Under the pieces are notes generated by a model that did not search any database, was not told the DNA's origin, and saw only the letters and a program-made list of their open reading frames with translations. From NCBI RefSeq assembly GCF_009914755.1, contig NC_060928.1: DNA of 64,000 nt; one strand, written 5' to 3'. The stretch's first letter is position 1. Every line of letters begins with the position of its first letter. Source of the stretch: the human T2T-CHM13v2.0 reference genome, Homo sapiens. The translations under genes and the position numbers were made by a program. Shown piece by piece: positions 1 through 13,934 of this stretch.

Positions 1-330
1 GGAACTAGCTATTATCCTATTATGAAAAATATGGCATTCATGATTGTTTTGGTGATTTTTTTAAAATAGAAAATAATTTTGGAATTTGTTTTAGGACAGA
101 ATTCATTTGTAGAGAATGAAATAAAAGAACCAGGAAAAGCTGCGACATAACTGATAGCTCCAGCTTTCTTTGGTGCCATAGGCTCACATCCCACCCTCGA
201 CACACCAGTGTATAGACTCAAAAACACTAAAAATTGTGACTTTAAAGTCTCCAGTTTCCTACACAAAAGTGCTGATTCTCTATTTTTTGGACCTATTTAT
301 GAGACAATTCATCCAATTAATGATAAATCC

Positions 331-1437
<1,107 letters not shown>

Positions 1438-4079
1438 CTAAGAAATAGCAGTTATTCTCTGGGTATTCAATACACTGCTTTGTATCTTACAGATATTCAA
1501 CTAAGTCAATAATAGCAGGTATATTTTATAAAATAAAGAAAAGAATAATTATGCCTAGTTTTGAATAATGTTCGGTAGAATACTGGAGACAAGAAACAAG
1601 ATTTGCAATTAAAAACATGTAAATGATAAAAGAACTACTTATATACATAATGAGTTTATTATAAGATGATGATATAAGTCATTTGCATTTATCTTCTAAA
1701 ATACTTATCTGGATGTTTGTTTTACTTTTTCATTAGTTACATTCAAGTCTTCGTTGTATTTAAGCCTCTATTTTTCCCGTGTGTGCTATAAAACCTGATA
1801 TACTTTGTATCAGCCATTTCATTCTTACGGATGACCAGAGAATAAAAAATACCTTAAAATAATCCTAAATAAAAAAAGGTAATAAGGAAGAAAACCTGTA
1901 GAAACTATGTAGAAAGCAGACCCAAAAAGACTATAGTAGACCTCTTAGTTCTGGATGATTCTTACCTTTGCTTTTGATTATTAATGCTTTGATGAAGACT
2001 ATAACCCAAATGGTGAGACGATTATAAGCTATGATATTATACTTTACTTTTATGACATTTACCCTTTAAAAACATTAATTTTGGAATTAAATATGTGAGG
2101 TGGTATGTTATACTTTCTTGATGAGATTGAAGAGGAAATATTTTATTTGTTGGAAGTAGAAAATGTGTAATGATGTGAAGGTAGGTTGAAATCTAAAAAT
2201 CACTAAAAATCCCTTTACTTCATTCTCTTATTTTTTTCTTTCAACTTTTCTTTCCTTTATTCAAAATATGACTTGTTTCAGTAGAAATAATATTAATAAT
2301 TCATTTTGAATGCTAGTTGAGGCAGAAGTCACTCTGGCTTCTCATCTGAGGACTTTTGAAAGACAGATGTGGTTCAGTTGCCTGAGTGTCTACATTGATT
2401 CTTTAATATAATTGCTGAAAGATCACAAATGAAGAAAGTGATTTATGCTCTCTATGCAATTTTTTGTGTCCATCTCCATCATTTCAATGAGACGAAAACA
2501 TCAGAAACGTTGTCATCTGTCAATCAATCATCAAATAAATGTTGGCATTTTTCCATTATATGTGGCTTAAATGACTTTGGTAAGCATATTTTGTGTTATA
2601 ACCCTTTTTACTAATAAAGTAGGGAAAGCCAAGTTTCTTGAACACTGATATTACTGGGAAAATAGAGATATTGATAAAGGCATAATCATAAATCAAAATG
2701 ACTGAAAATGTCCATTCATGGTATGCTACACATATTCATATTTATGTCCCTAGATAATAAATATGCTCTATTAGAAAGTTAATAGATTGGCATTTAATTT
2801 AGAATGTAGTATTTGCTAATTTTGTTGGCATGAGTTTGTCCTCTGGGTGAACTAATCACATCAGACTTGCAGATCTACAAAATTGAAGACCAAGATGAAA
2901 TAGCTTCCCTGGTGACATATGGAAGAAATGGTGATAATACCTTTATACATGACTCAAAAAATCTAATACAAATATAAATTATAAGGAAACCAGGACATTC
3001 TGGTAATTAAACAGAACTAGAAGACAATAAAAAATGTAGATCCTCTTAATTCAGAAAGGAATGTAGGTGCTTTCTTCTCAATTTTTATAATGTATCATTG
3101 AGAAATTCTCAAGAGCTTGCTGCTTGATGGAACTTGATTGTCTCAAGTGTTGTTTATTAACACACAACACCTTTGTCGTTTCAGCACATTAAGAAGTACA
3201 AAGAACCTCATTATTATTTTAACAGCTGCAGAAAAATAATATCTGGGAACACACATGAGAAACCTTCTGGGGGACTCCCAGCCAGAGGCAAGTAGTGTGA
3301 TAGATGGTTAAGGGTTAGATTCAAGAGAAATATAGGAACTTAAGAAAGCAAGGTTGTATAGCTAACAATTTCTTGCCACACTTACATCTGTTCGACATAT
3401 AGCCCTAGATTATGAATACCTTCTCTGAATAGTTCTCCCCTTGTATCACCCAGTGGAAGGAGGTCTTTACCACATTGTCCAATGTGAGCAGTGAATATGA
3501 TTGATGTCTCACGTCACTGTGCTGGCATATGATGTGGCTTAGTTAGTAAATACCACTCTTTTCTCTTAATACTGTCCCTGCTTCTCTGTGAAAGATCTAG
3601 ACATAGTGAGGATTATGCTTTTGGGGTTGAGCCTTGCTCATCATTTTGGAAATGATACAGTTTCATATTAGAATCAATGATACAATATGTCATATCAAGT
3701 GACAATATGTGGCATCTAACAATGTGTGGCAATGCATGGCATCTCAGTACCTGGAATGACTTTTTGGGCATGTGCTCTGTCTCCTGGGGATTTTCCTAGG
3801 AGTGACATGAAGGAGCTCTGCCTTCGAGGCAACTTTACACTTGACTGTTCTTTTCACCCAGGAAAATTCCTGAGTGAGAATGAATTCCTTTGCTCTGTGT
3901 GACTATTTCTCCATCAGATGTGAAGAAAAATGGGGAAAACAACCTTCAATATAGATTTGGTTAAAACATGACTCAGAATGGCCTTGTTACTATGAGTAGT
4001 TATAAAGTAGCTATTTATGAAGTTATTTTACTATTTTCAAACTAGCAGAGATGTTTATTAAAGAATGCTCATAATCTGG

Positions 4080-4340
4080 TTGTATAGTGGAAAAATAAAC
4101 AGGAGCATCAGACTCATTGATCAAGGACCTGGTTGGAATCCCTTACCCCATGTATTCCATGTAGCTATGTGACATTGTTTTGTGATTTTAGATTGACACT
4201 ATTTGGAAGGTTAGTAACCCTCTGTGAACCATCATTTTCTTATCTCTAAAATGGAAATTATAACTGCCTTACTGATGTGAGGAGCAAACGTAATATCTTA
4301 TGCTACCATGCTGTTGTATGCTATTGCTTGGTTAATACTA
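4080..4340 (+). mobile_element. MIR SINE relic
   Basis: Core-like tagctatgtgac...ctctgtgaacc...ttatctctaaaatggaaattataa. Confidence 0.65.
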
Positions 4341-5399
4341 ATCATTATTATTGAAGTAATCTCTTACCATAAACTCAGAAAATATGTAACAGTTAGCAGA
4401 ATTTCAAATTAAGTTTATTATTTGCTATGTAAAAAAGCACAGATTTCTTCCCAATGTAAACAATGTATATGCTTCTATACTATGTGACATTTCAGATAGA
4501 GAATAAAAGGTTGTAGGTATTAATACATATTATATAAAATAGCTTTATGATGTCATAGAGCTATCTCACACAGTACATATTAATAGTTCCAATGCCTTAA
4601 GGTGACGTAGTATTTGTCCTTAAATATTGCCCAAGATTGAGTTTCTGAAAAGAGTGTTTAAAATCTAATTTAGGGGGATATAAAAATGAATGTATACAGA
4701 AACTCTTTAGCAAATTTTTCAGTTCCATAAATAATTATTTGTAGATTTATATTGCAATTCAGGAAAATATGCATATGGTTATAGTTTACCTAAAAATGAA
4801 ATGCACTAAAATATTTTGTAGTTCTATTTTTCAAAATATCATAAATAGAGAACATGATTATTAGTCACATACTCTGAATTTTCAGAATATTAGCATCCAA
4901 ATGAAAATGGTCAGCCCTTATTAAAATATTCCAATTTTAAAACCTAAACCTTTATATGAAAACTCATTTTTTTGTGCCTTCCATTCATTCTCCGTGAATA
5001 TTTATTGAGTGCCTGAACTCCTTACGATGCAGAGAAAATGAGTTTCCAAGTTCACAGCTGTGGTTTATGGAGACTCCAAATTATTTCACTACTGAAAACA
5101 GTCAGAATTGAGAGTAGCTAGACAGAGACAATGTTTAAAGGGTATTTAAAGGTGAGGTCTGCCTGATGTGGCCCTGCCCAGCTTTCCAAACTCATCACGT
5201 GACATTTTTGCCCTTGTCCTCTATGATCCAGCTACATCATCTCTTTAATGTAACCCTATTATATTCCTGTCCCTATCGGGGTATAGCCTACTAATTCCTT
5301 ACTCTGTAACTCCTTTCTTCCCCAAGGTGTTTGTAACTCTCCTTATGGGCATCTGTCCTATATGGCTGCCTTTTCTGTACTCAAGGGAATACTTCTTGT

Positions 5400-5855
5400 C
5401 GTAAGTTCCACCTGCACAACATAAATCAAAACTCAAAAAATCCCAGGTTCCCATGCATTAGGAAGCAGACAGATGAGCAAGGCCCACCAATCAGGCACAG
5501 TCCCAATAAGCTTCCAAATGCTTTGAGTGGTGCTTCCCTTTTGCCCATCACTGACAGCTATAGAGATGTCTGACTTTGGTGAACATGGTGGAAGTTGCAG
5601 CAGTTTTCCAGGGTTTGGAAAGTCAAGATACCAAAGTGACATTGGTGGACACCAAAGATGATTCACTCTGGTTGTGGTGGATCAAAAGAAACATCAGCAG
5701 CTATTTCATCAGGCCAGTTCTATTGTGCGGTTTTAAGTGGTGTACTGGAAGTTTGTGTCAGAGCCTGTTCCTCCCAACAACGTTGCAAGCTACCTGATAT
5801 ACTTCCAATATTTTCTGGCAACCAGCTAGAGTCAGCTTCTGTTGCTTGCACCTAA
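5400..5855 (+). mobile_element. Old ERVL/MaLR-class LTR relic between L2 fragments
   Basis: Ends in agctagagtcagcttctgttgcttgca, typical of old ERVL/MaLR LTR 3' ends. Confidence 0.45.
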
Positions 5856-5899
5856 AATTTCTGTTAAACATCCCCCAATGCAGCACTATCGAAAAAAGT

Positions 5900-6130
5900 C
5901 TCTTCTGTATCTATTTTTTATCTCAGAATGCTGGTTTATTACCTTCTTAGCACTTATCAGAATTTCTTATTATTTGTTTCTTTATTTGATTTTTATGTCT
6001 TTCCAAAGGGATGGTAAGGCAGAGGAACTTGAAGGCAGAGGCAGTGTCTTCTTATGCATCACTGTATCCACAGCACTAAGTACAGTTCTTGAAATTTAGT
6101 AGTTGCTTCAAGAATGTTTTTTGAAGCAAT
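5900..6130 (+). mobile_element. L2 3' end
   Basis: ttgaaggcagaggcagtgtc...cactgtatccacagcactaagtacag...tagtagttgcttcaagaatg. Confidence 0.65.
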
Positions 6131-6227
6131 ACGTGAAGCATGTGAAAGCTACTTCTTCATTTTCTTAGCTTGTATTCTTCACTCAGTGAATGAATCAATG
6201 AATTAAAGAACCTTATCTCCTTTTGAC

Positions 6228-6780
6228 TTAGTCCGATTTCCCCAAACTAAGCAGAGCCTGAGACAAAGGCTTATGATTTTTACTTAATTAAGGAGTGCAA
6301 GCCCAGGGAGTATAACTGAGGGACAAGGAGAGTAATAGGTCTGGAGAGAGAGTCAACATGAAGATGTTCTATTGAGCTGATTTCTACTATGTAAGTCTAT
6401 TTGATATTGTTGGACCATTTAATAAGAAGCCATACACATGTGTCTCAGGAAAGTCCTCTGGGAGGGTGAAAAAGCAAGAGTGTATCCACTCACTTCTAAC
6501 TGCCCCTGGACAATGGTGTGCTTTACAGAGTGGTAAATTCCCCTCCCTTTTGCGTTCATCTATAGGAGTTTGGAAGAATACAATATCACTGAGTCCTCAA
6601 CAAGGGAGTACCAGGGCAAAGCACAAGGAGCATATGGCACAGGCAAGAAGAAAGCTGTGGTCATGATATGCCTGTGTGAGGGGGACCACAGCTCACGCAG
6701 AGCTGCTGGCTACAGTGGCAGCTCGAAGAAGGGAGGAATAAAATTTGGGAGGATCTCCTTAGAAGATGTCAACCACAATT
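6228..6780 (-). mobile_element. ERVL LTR16/LTR33-like relic
   Basis: gcagagcctgagacaaaggctt is the reverse complement of the LTR16-type 3' end. Confidence 0.5.
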
Positions 6781-6868
6781 TTTACTTCTCAAAGTGTACC
6801 TTGAGGGAAATAGTTAGATGGAAATCTTGTTTTGATCATATGTAAAGAACAAACGTTATGTTTTCTTC

Positions 6869-6871
<3 letters not shown>

Positions 6872-6899
<28 letters not shown>
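6872..6899. repeat. Poly(T)28 tract
   Basis: Uninterrupted T run with no adjacent Alu or L1 body. Confidence 0.95.
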
Positions 6900-7147
6900 G
6901 GTGTGAGTGGGAATTAATTCCCCATTCAAGCGATTATAGAAATGACTTCTGGCAATTTGTACAATATCTAGACCTTGGCCACTTTTGTTTAGTTTAGGAG
7001 AGAGCACCTGAACTTTCAAACAGGAACAGTTATTATTCTATTCTTGTCAATTTGGAATTGAGAGTGGAGGAGAGAGGTTATAGTCTATTCCCAACTGCTT
7101 CATCTGTAACATTTAAGTACAAAAGCTCACAGATAAAGTAAGCTTAC

Positions 7148-7804
7148 TAAATGAAATTATAGGCGGGGGCACTTTGTCCTGCAAGTTAAAATAACAGGCA
7201 GCTTAGTGGGAACATCTGTGATGTTATAAATGGAAAGTAAATAAACTGTGAGCAATAATAAAATTATCATTCCATTACGTTAATATTCCTTCACCTTTCT
7301 TCCATGGGGAGTTAGGCTTTCAGAGCTTAAATGGTTTTCATATTGTCTTCCATATATTCTTTTTTCTTGAGCTCTTAATTCATTATTAAAGTTATTCTCT
7401 TTTCAAGTGCTCCTTCTGAACATCATTTATATTTTCTATGGTACATTTGGTTTACCTGGGTAATGCTGGCTCAATGCTTTGTCCTTCCTTGTTGGCACAT
7501 ACTATTGCTTGTACTTGTACACCTTCTTCTGTCGATGAGGAAGCATGAAGATGATGTGGGTGAGGGAAGGGCTCATGAAAAAAGGGTATGGGGCACTATT
7601 TCTCCTAGTTCACAGGTTTCCCTATTGCTACAAAATTTGTTGTACACTTTTGTTTGTTAAATACAATTTGTGGACAGATATATCTGTCCTGCAACTTTAA
7701 AATCATAGGCAGCTTAGTGGAAATACCTGTGATAAGGCAAGTTGAAAAATCAAGGGTAAGTAACAATCAACTTACTAGCATTCCATTATGTTAATATTCT
7801 TTCA
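7148..7804. repeat. Diverged direct duplication (7148-7293 vs 7658-7804, period 510 bp)
   Basis: tgtcctgcaagttaaaataacaggcagcttagtgggaacatctgtgat vs tgtcctgcaactttaaaatcataggcagcttagtggaaatacctgtgat; cattccattacgttaatattccttca vs cattccattatgttaatattctttca. Confidence 0.9.
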
Positions 7805-8374
7805 GTCTTTGTTTTAAAGAGCTTCGATTGCACTCCCACTATTGACAACTAAATCTATGAACAGTGTAGACTGTTAGAGATGATAGTATTTTTTTGTAGC
7901 AATTTCTCATTTGCTCTAGGAATGTGATAAAGTGTCTCCACTGAGGCCAGAAATACATAATCTTATTTTCTCTACTTTAAATTTTCCCATTACATTTTCA
8001 AACTGCATTTATTGACACTGCATTTAAATATTCAAGTCTGTTTCAGAAAATGCAGTTCAGCACCCTTGAGGTATTCCCAAAGAACTTGGTAAGCATTTGT
8101 ACAAGATTTCTTCTCAGGTTGAATGGAAAAATATATAATAATTATAGTAATAAGTATACTAACTGATTTTAAAATATATTATCAATTATTAGGGCAGTGC
8201 TAGTCTGAATGATAATATACATACAATATTTATGTGTCACATTTATAAACAATGATTTTGTCTTCTTTTAGGCAGGTATGCCAATTAGTATGACTTGCAG
8301 ATTAAAAACATGGCTTTAGATTTAGACAATCTTAAATTTAGATCTTGATTTTGCCATTAACATACTTACCTTAC

Positions 8375-8751
8375 TGATATGGTTTGGCTGTGTCACCATC
8401 CAAATCTCATCTTGAACTGTAGATTCCATAATCCCCACATGTCGTGTGAGGAACCCAGTGGGAGGTAATTGAATATTGGGGGCTGTTAATTCCATGCTGT
8501 TCTTGTGATAGTAAGTGAGTTCTCATGCGATCTGATGGTTTTATAAAGGCCTTTTTCACCAGTTTGCACTGCACTTCTCCTTGCTGCTGCCATGTGAAGA
8601 AGGACGTGTTTGCTGCCCCTTCTGCCATGATTGTAAGTTTCCTGAGGCCTCCCCAGCCCTGCAGAACTGTGAGTCAATTAAACCTCTTTTCTTTATAAGT
8701 TACCCAGTCTAGGGTATGTCTTTATTAGCAGCCTGAGAACAGACTAATACA
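8375..8751 (+). mobile_element. THE1D-like MaLR solo LTR inserted into a MIR
   Basis: tgatatggtttggctgtgtc...agactaataca. 5-bp TSD cttac at 8370-8374 and 8752-8756. MIR halves on both sides. Confidence 0.93.
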
Positions 8752-8894
8752 CTTACTAACATTGTGACCATTGGCTCTGTTTGCTCATTTTGAAAATGTA
8801 TAGCTATCTACCCCTACATAGTTGTTGTACACAGTTAATAAGACAATGGAGGTCTTGGCGTATACTAAGTATTCAGCATAAGGCTGCCAAGGAG

Positions 8895-9135
8895 AGTCAT
8901 TACAGCTTAGCGATTAAGAGCTGGAGCTTTGGGTTTCAAAAGATGTACCACCTACTACTCATGTGATCTTGGGCAAATTAATTGACCTCTCTGAGATTCA
9001 GTTCCTCAACTGTGAAACTGTGGTTAAGAAATATATTTCACAATGTTCGTTCTTGAGCAAAAAATTATATGATATATGTAAAGCATTTAGCACAGTGCCT
9101 GACCCATGGCAAGTACTTAATACATGCTAGCTATA
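8895..9135 (+). mobile_element. MIR SINE
   Basis: tgtgatcttgggcaaatta...ctctctgagattcagttcctc...aaagcatttagcacagtgcctg. Confidence 0.8.
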
Positions 9136-10309
9136 AGGGATACTATTTCATTAGAAAATGTCACTAGGTATATTAAAGCTTCTTGAAAAATTTATTAGGT
9201 TACTATTCAGATCTTATAAAATAATAAAATAATTCAATTTTGTAATCTAAAGGTAACTGAGGCATTTTTGATGTATATCATGAGATATAATTAATAAATG
9301 ATACTTTAAAATAGTAACCATATTTTACTCACTGATATGTTAGATAATATTTCTAAGATTTTGCATTTTTTCATTGTAGTATTTACTTATGGATATTGTA
9401 ACATGATTTCCATTTGAAAAGTACATTTTTTAAAAAGAGAAAATATCACATCAGTTCTAGTATAATATGTTTATTTCAAACATTAGGCACAATCATAACT
9501 ACAAGCATTTTTTTCTGTTTGGGTTGTCATCTTATTTGTCACTTATCTGCCTGATATTTGCTATTTTTTGCTGGAGGCATACCAATAGTCATTGTACTTT
9601 GAATAACAAAAGAGAATTCATAAAAAACATAAATAATAAGTGATAATATATTTTGGAAAGTGCAATACCTAGTCTTACTCTCTTTTACAGTTTAATGTAT
9701 TTCAATATTTTATCTGCTTGATTTATTTTGGCAACTTTTTTTCCTATGCTATGGAAGCAACTTTCTGAAAGAAAAAACACTGATTGAGTGATTACAGCCC
9801 CTACTCGTAGACAAGTATACTTTTTCATTGCTTCTTGCACCTAGAGTAGCATATATTCAGTCCTAATCAAAAAAGACCTGTTTCATACTAGTGTGGAAAA
9901 AGTGGAGTTTGTCAAAAATATGTCTGTTCTTGAATAACCCCAGGCAGGCCATGGTATTACTGTTTTTCTTTAGAATCTGCAATTTCAAATGCTTAAGCAG
10001 CAATGTAAGCCTATGTAGTAATACTAAACTTATGAATACCTGTTCTTTTGTAAAATGACTACTTAATATCAAAGATGTGTGCTCTTATCTTTGGTATCCC
10101 TAGAACTTAATATGGACTAGATGGTCAGGAAATGAATAGGTGAAGAATATCTGTGTTTTGTAAATTGAGGAAAAATTTTTACTATTAATAGATATTTATC
10201 TTATAGTATGAGCTCATCATTTTATTATTTTTATAAATGCTTTCCACAAAAGGCATACATTTTATTCACTAAGCGGTTTGAGTATTTCATGTGAAAAAAA
10301 AATGTGTGT

Positions 10310-10528
10310 GTATTATTGAGGACATATAATGGCCCAGGAGCATAAATTCCTTATGTACATTTTCCTTTTTAGTCATCACGTGAACCCTCTGAGATACATT
10401 CCATTCTTCTCTCCATTTTATACATAAGGAAACTATGGCAGAGAGATAAAGTAACTCGACCAAAGTCACACATATTGTAAGGGAAAGAGTCAATGTTTTA
10501 ACTCAGTCATCCTGATGTTAAAACTCTT
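10310..10528 (-). mobile_element. MIR SINE
   Basis: ccattttatacataaggaaact...aagtaactcgaccaaagtcacaca. Confidence 0.75.
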
Positions 10529-11291
10529 CAGAAATGTGTTTTTGGCAATAGTGCTAATTCAGGCCTGTTAGTAGTCAGCCTAGATCCCTGTAGAGGTAAG
10601 TAGTCCCTGCTCTTTAGTTTTCCCTTAGATATTCAAGTAGTGCTTAAATCATCTTTATAAAAGTGTAACATAATAAAAAGTAATTTATTAAGCAATTAAG
10701 TATGAAAGCCTCAGATTACTATAGCAAGGGATAGCGTTGCATAGAAAATGTCGTGAAACCATACAGCTGTTCCATTGTGGATGCTTTCTCCATTAGTTTC
10801 TGAATTTGGAAGTTGTTTTCAAACTGGGAGGTAAATTTTTTCCCTAAAAGAATAGGGGGATACAAAGACCATTTTTTTCCTACCACATAGAAGTTCTGCC
10901 AGATGTTCCACTGAACAAAGAAAGAGAGGGAAATGAGTGGGTATCCTGGGTATTAATAGGATAGAGCTGGCAATGATGACAGGCTTGTCTTAGAGCAAAC
11001 ATTGGCTATTTCAGCATTGCAAAAAGCTGTGCAAATAGGAACAAGCTTTAGAGCTTAGAAATACACTGGATGAAGATGGTGCATTTGATGTTTTAATTTT
11101 AGCACAATTTGGAGACTGACACTTTAGTTATTACTAGTACATTTTTTTTTGACACAGGAAAATGCCCGCTGTTGTGCTGGTGGTGTGGAATAAGGTAAGC
11201 ATAGATTACACAGAAGATCAATTTAAAACCCACACAATCTGGAAGACAACCCAGTTGAGCTGGGGCAAATATAGTGTCACTAATCTCTCAG

Positions 11292-11868
11292 TGAGGAGAG
11301 ATTAATAATAAAGTGAAACCACTATCACCTTACTTATAGTGACAAAGAGGAAGAAGCACCTATCATTAGAAACTTGCCTGGTTCTATTAGCTGAGCTTGG
11401 TATCACCCTGTTGAACATAAACAATTCATAGAACATTAACATCAGGCAAGGCCATGACTGTGATAATGATGGATAGAGAAAAAACAGGGCCACTCAATAA
11501 TCATATGAGAATACATAAAAAACGTAGACATTGTCCATATCACAAAAATGACCAAAACTGTCTAATGGCTACTACTTCTTTACCAATGACATCTTCAGCC
11601 TAGTCTCCTCACCATCTAGGTAAGATTTATTAAAATACCCAGTCACAAAATTAGCTCCCTGCACAGCCTCCAAGCCAACATTCTGCTACTTAAGGTTTCC
11701 CCTAAAATCACAAGTCCACATCCTGTACTGAGTGTGTTCTACCAACCTCTACTGCAGTTCTCCACAGTCCCCATGATGAGCATCCTTTCTCCCTGCATGT
11801 GCAGTAAACACAACTTATTCAGCCACAGGTGTGTTCCTGGTGGTCTTTGATTGGACTTTGCTCTTTAG
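11292..11868 (+). mobile_element. MER67-like ERV1 solo LTR
   Basis: tgttgaacataaacaattcatagaacattaacatcaggcaaggcca...caggtgtgttcctggtggtcttt. Confidence 0.7.
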
Positions 11869-11894
11869 ACAATTATACTAAAGTTAGTTCTATG

Positions 11895-12142
11895 ACTGTG
11901 TTATTTGAAACTTTGAGTTGGAGAGTAATAGAAATCTACTTGAACAAGCTTAAAAATAAAGGATATTTATTTATTTGTCCAAAACATAATACATGAAGAA
12001 GCTTAAAAATAAAGTATACTTATTTATTTATTTATCCAAAACATAATACGTGACTAGCTCAAAGCATGAAAACTCAGAAATGCAGATAGGCCTGAAGAAA
12101 CACCTGAAAAAAGAATATCGAAGTCATCGTAAACTTAGGCAT

Positions 12143-12176
<34 letters not shown>

Positions 12177-12490
12177 AATCTCTCTCTCTCTTGTTTCTCT
12201 TTGAATATTTACTTATTTCCTTCACTGTTCACTTTTTCTTTAGTCATGACCAATGAATGGAATAATATGGTGTCTTTAGCTATTGAGTGAAAATGTTACA
12301 TTTCAGTTACACGTAGAGCCTGGTACATAGTCGCACATGGATACTTAATGAGTGCCCATTTTTCAGTATCCTGTTCTTGTCCCAACTAAAATAAGAAGGA
12401 CCCGCTCAGCCTGGATCATGTATCTTATGATTGAGACAACTTAAATGCATGACTGTTGGATCTTAACTCCACTAATAACGGCTCATGGGC
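11895..12490 (-). mobile_element. Old MLT1(J/K/L)-like LTR containing a ~55-bp tandem duplication and a (CT)n tract
   Basis: gttggagagtaatagaaatctacttgaacaagcttaaaaataaaggatatttatt resembles the reverse MLT1 terminus. Confidence 0.5.
12143..12191. repeat. (CT)n microsatellite, interrupted
   Basis: Direct reading. Confidence 0.9.
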
Positions 12491-13430
12491 TAGGAAGATT
12501 TCTAAAAAATGTTTACTACATGTAGTTTTTATTTCATAAGCTAGTTTTAGTCTCAGTTAATTATATTGTTGTCTTTATGATGCCTAAACAGTAAACCAAA
12601 GGTGGGTACTTTTAGAGATTAATTTTAGAATTAAGATAATAGGTAATAAACACCATAGTCAAAGTTCAAGTGCCTTCAATCAATAGAAAGTTTTAAGTTA
12701 TTCTGGATTAATATAACTTTTCCCCAGCATGTAATATAAATTACATATTCATAAGAATACTCAGCAGTTTATAGTAAACAATAGTAAGACAATGTTTACA
12801 TCACTATTACTGCCAAATCAAACAGTATTTGGAATAGCAATAATTAATTGTCTCTTTGCCCAATTATCTCATGCTTGATCTCTGCCCAAGAATCTCATAT
12901 TTACCATATGATACACTTTAGGGTATAACTGATTCACAAAAAATAAAAATATTATGCAAACTTCACCAAGACTGATATTTATAAACAGACTTGAAGTCTG
13001 TGTAAAGCAAAGGATTTTTAATAGATAAAAATTAAATCCTTAAAAATTAAGTGATTTCAGATTGTTCAATAACTTCTTCTGATCTTGAAGGCTTGGTTGC
13101 ATGAAATCAAAATGTCATTCCCAAAATGCTTGTTTATGAGAATAGTTCAGTCACAGTTTTGTTCTGCAAAAGTGTGTATGTGCTATTTTAATCAAACATT
13201 TAATGATTTTGATGCTATAGATATAACCTCATTAATATTAAAAAAACTGCTAACATAGCCTCCATTAGTAAATACCATTTTAATTGAATTGGTAACTTTT
13301 GAGAAGGATATTTTTTGGTAGGCTTTTATTTTTGTGTATGTTGGCAATTCAGATTTCTATCTCTTGCAAAAGTTATGTAGTCTCTACAATACATTTATAT
13401 TCATGTTAAAATAGATTACTACTCATGGAG

Positions 13431-13680
13431 AGTGTTTCCCAAATACTTCACTGGACACCATCCCATCAATATGCAACACGCTCTGGGAGAAAAGGTTTCT
13501 GAGCAACAGAATGCTTAGGGAATTCTTTACACTGTTTTTCTATGTTTGATATTCACAAGGCACTAAAATATATATTGAAATTCTGTGGCAAAAGACAATG
13601 GTTCAGCTTTGTTTAACTTGATATTTCGAAAACTCTTATATCCATGAAACCCTTTATTTGTACAATATTTTTTCTTGGAA
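13431..13680. mobile_element. hAT-Charlie MITE relic
   Basis: Starts agtgtttcccaaa; internal tttgtttaacttgatatttcgaaaact. Confidence 0.4.
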
Positions 13681-13934
13681 AATATTTGAAGATTCTTGTT
13701 ATAGGAAAAAAACTGTTTATTATCTGGTGATTTTTTTTCCTAAGAGTAACAGAATTCCTTGTAGACTGTAGGTAATATGCATACTTAAATTTAAATGAGG
13801 AAATTAATGTGAATAATGAGATAATGCACAAAACAACATTTAGTTTTATTTTAAGTGGACATGTCTAACTGCAATATTTTGTTTCTGATACTGAAGTCCT
13901 AGAGGCATTTCCTCTTTCAATGCAGGAAAATACT

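Noticed and set aside
95-150. Possible terminal exon tttgttttag|GA...QNSFVENEIKEPGKAAT*
   Set aside because: Too short to distinguish from chance, no recognised protein, and the upstream context is outside the window.
1493-1518. 26-nt cttacag|ATATTCAACTAAG...GCAG|gtatat segment resembling the 7.2/7.7-kb exon starts
   Set aside because: Opposite strand, weak donor, and the similarity is only about 10 nt.
2429-2614. ORF MKKVIYALYAIFC... with an internal gtaagc donor, signal-peptide-like
   Set aside because: No promoter evidence, no compatible next exon, and hydrophobic starts are common in AT-rich chance ORFs.
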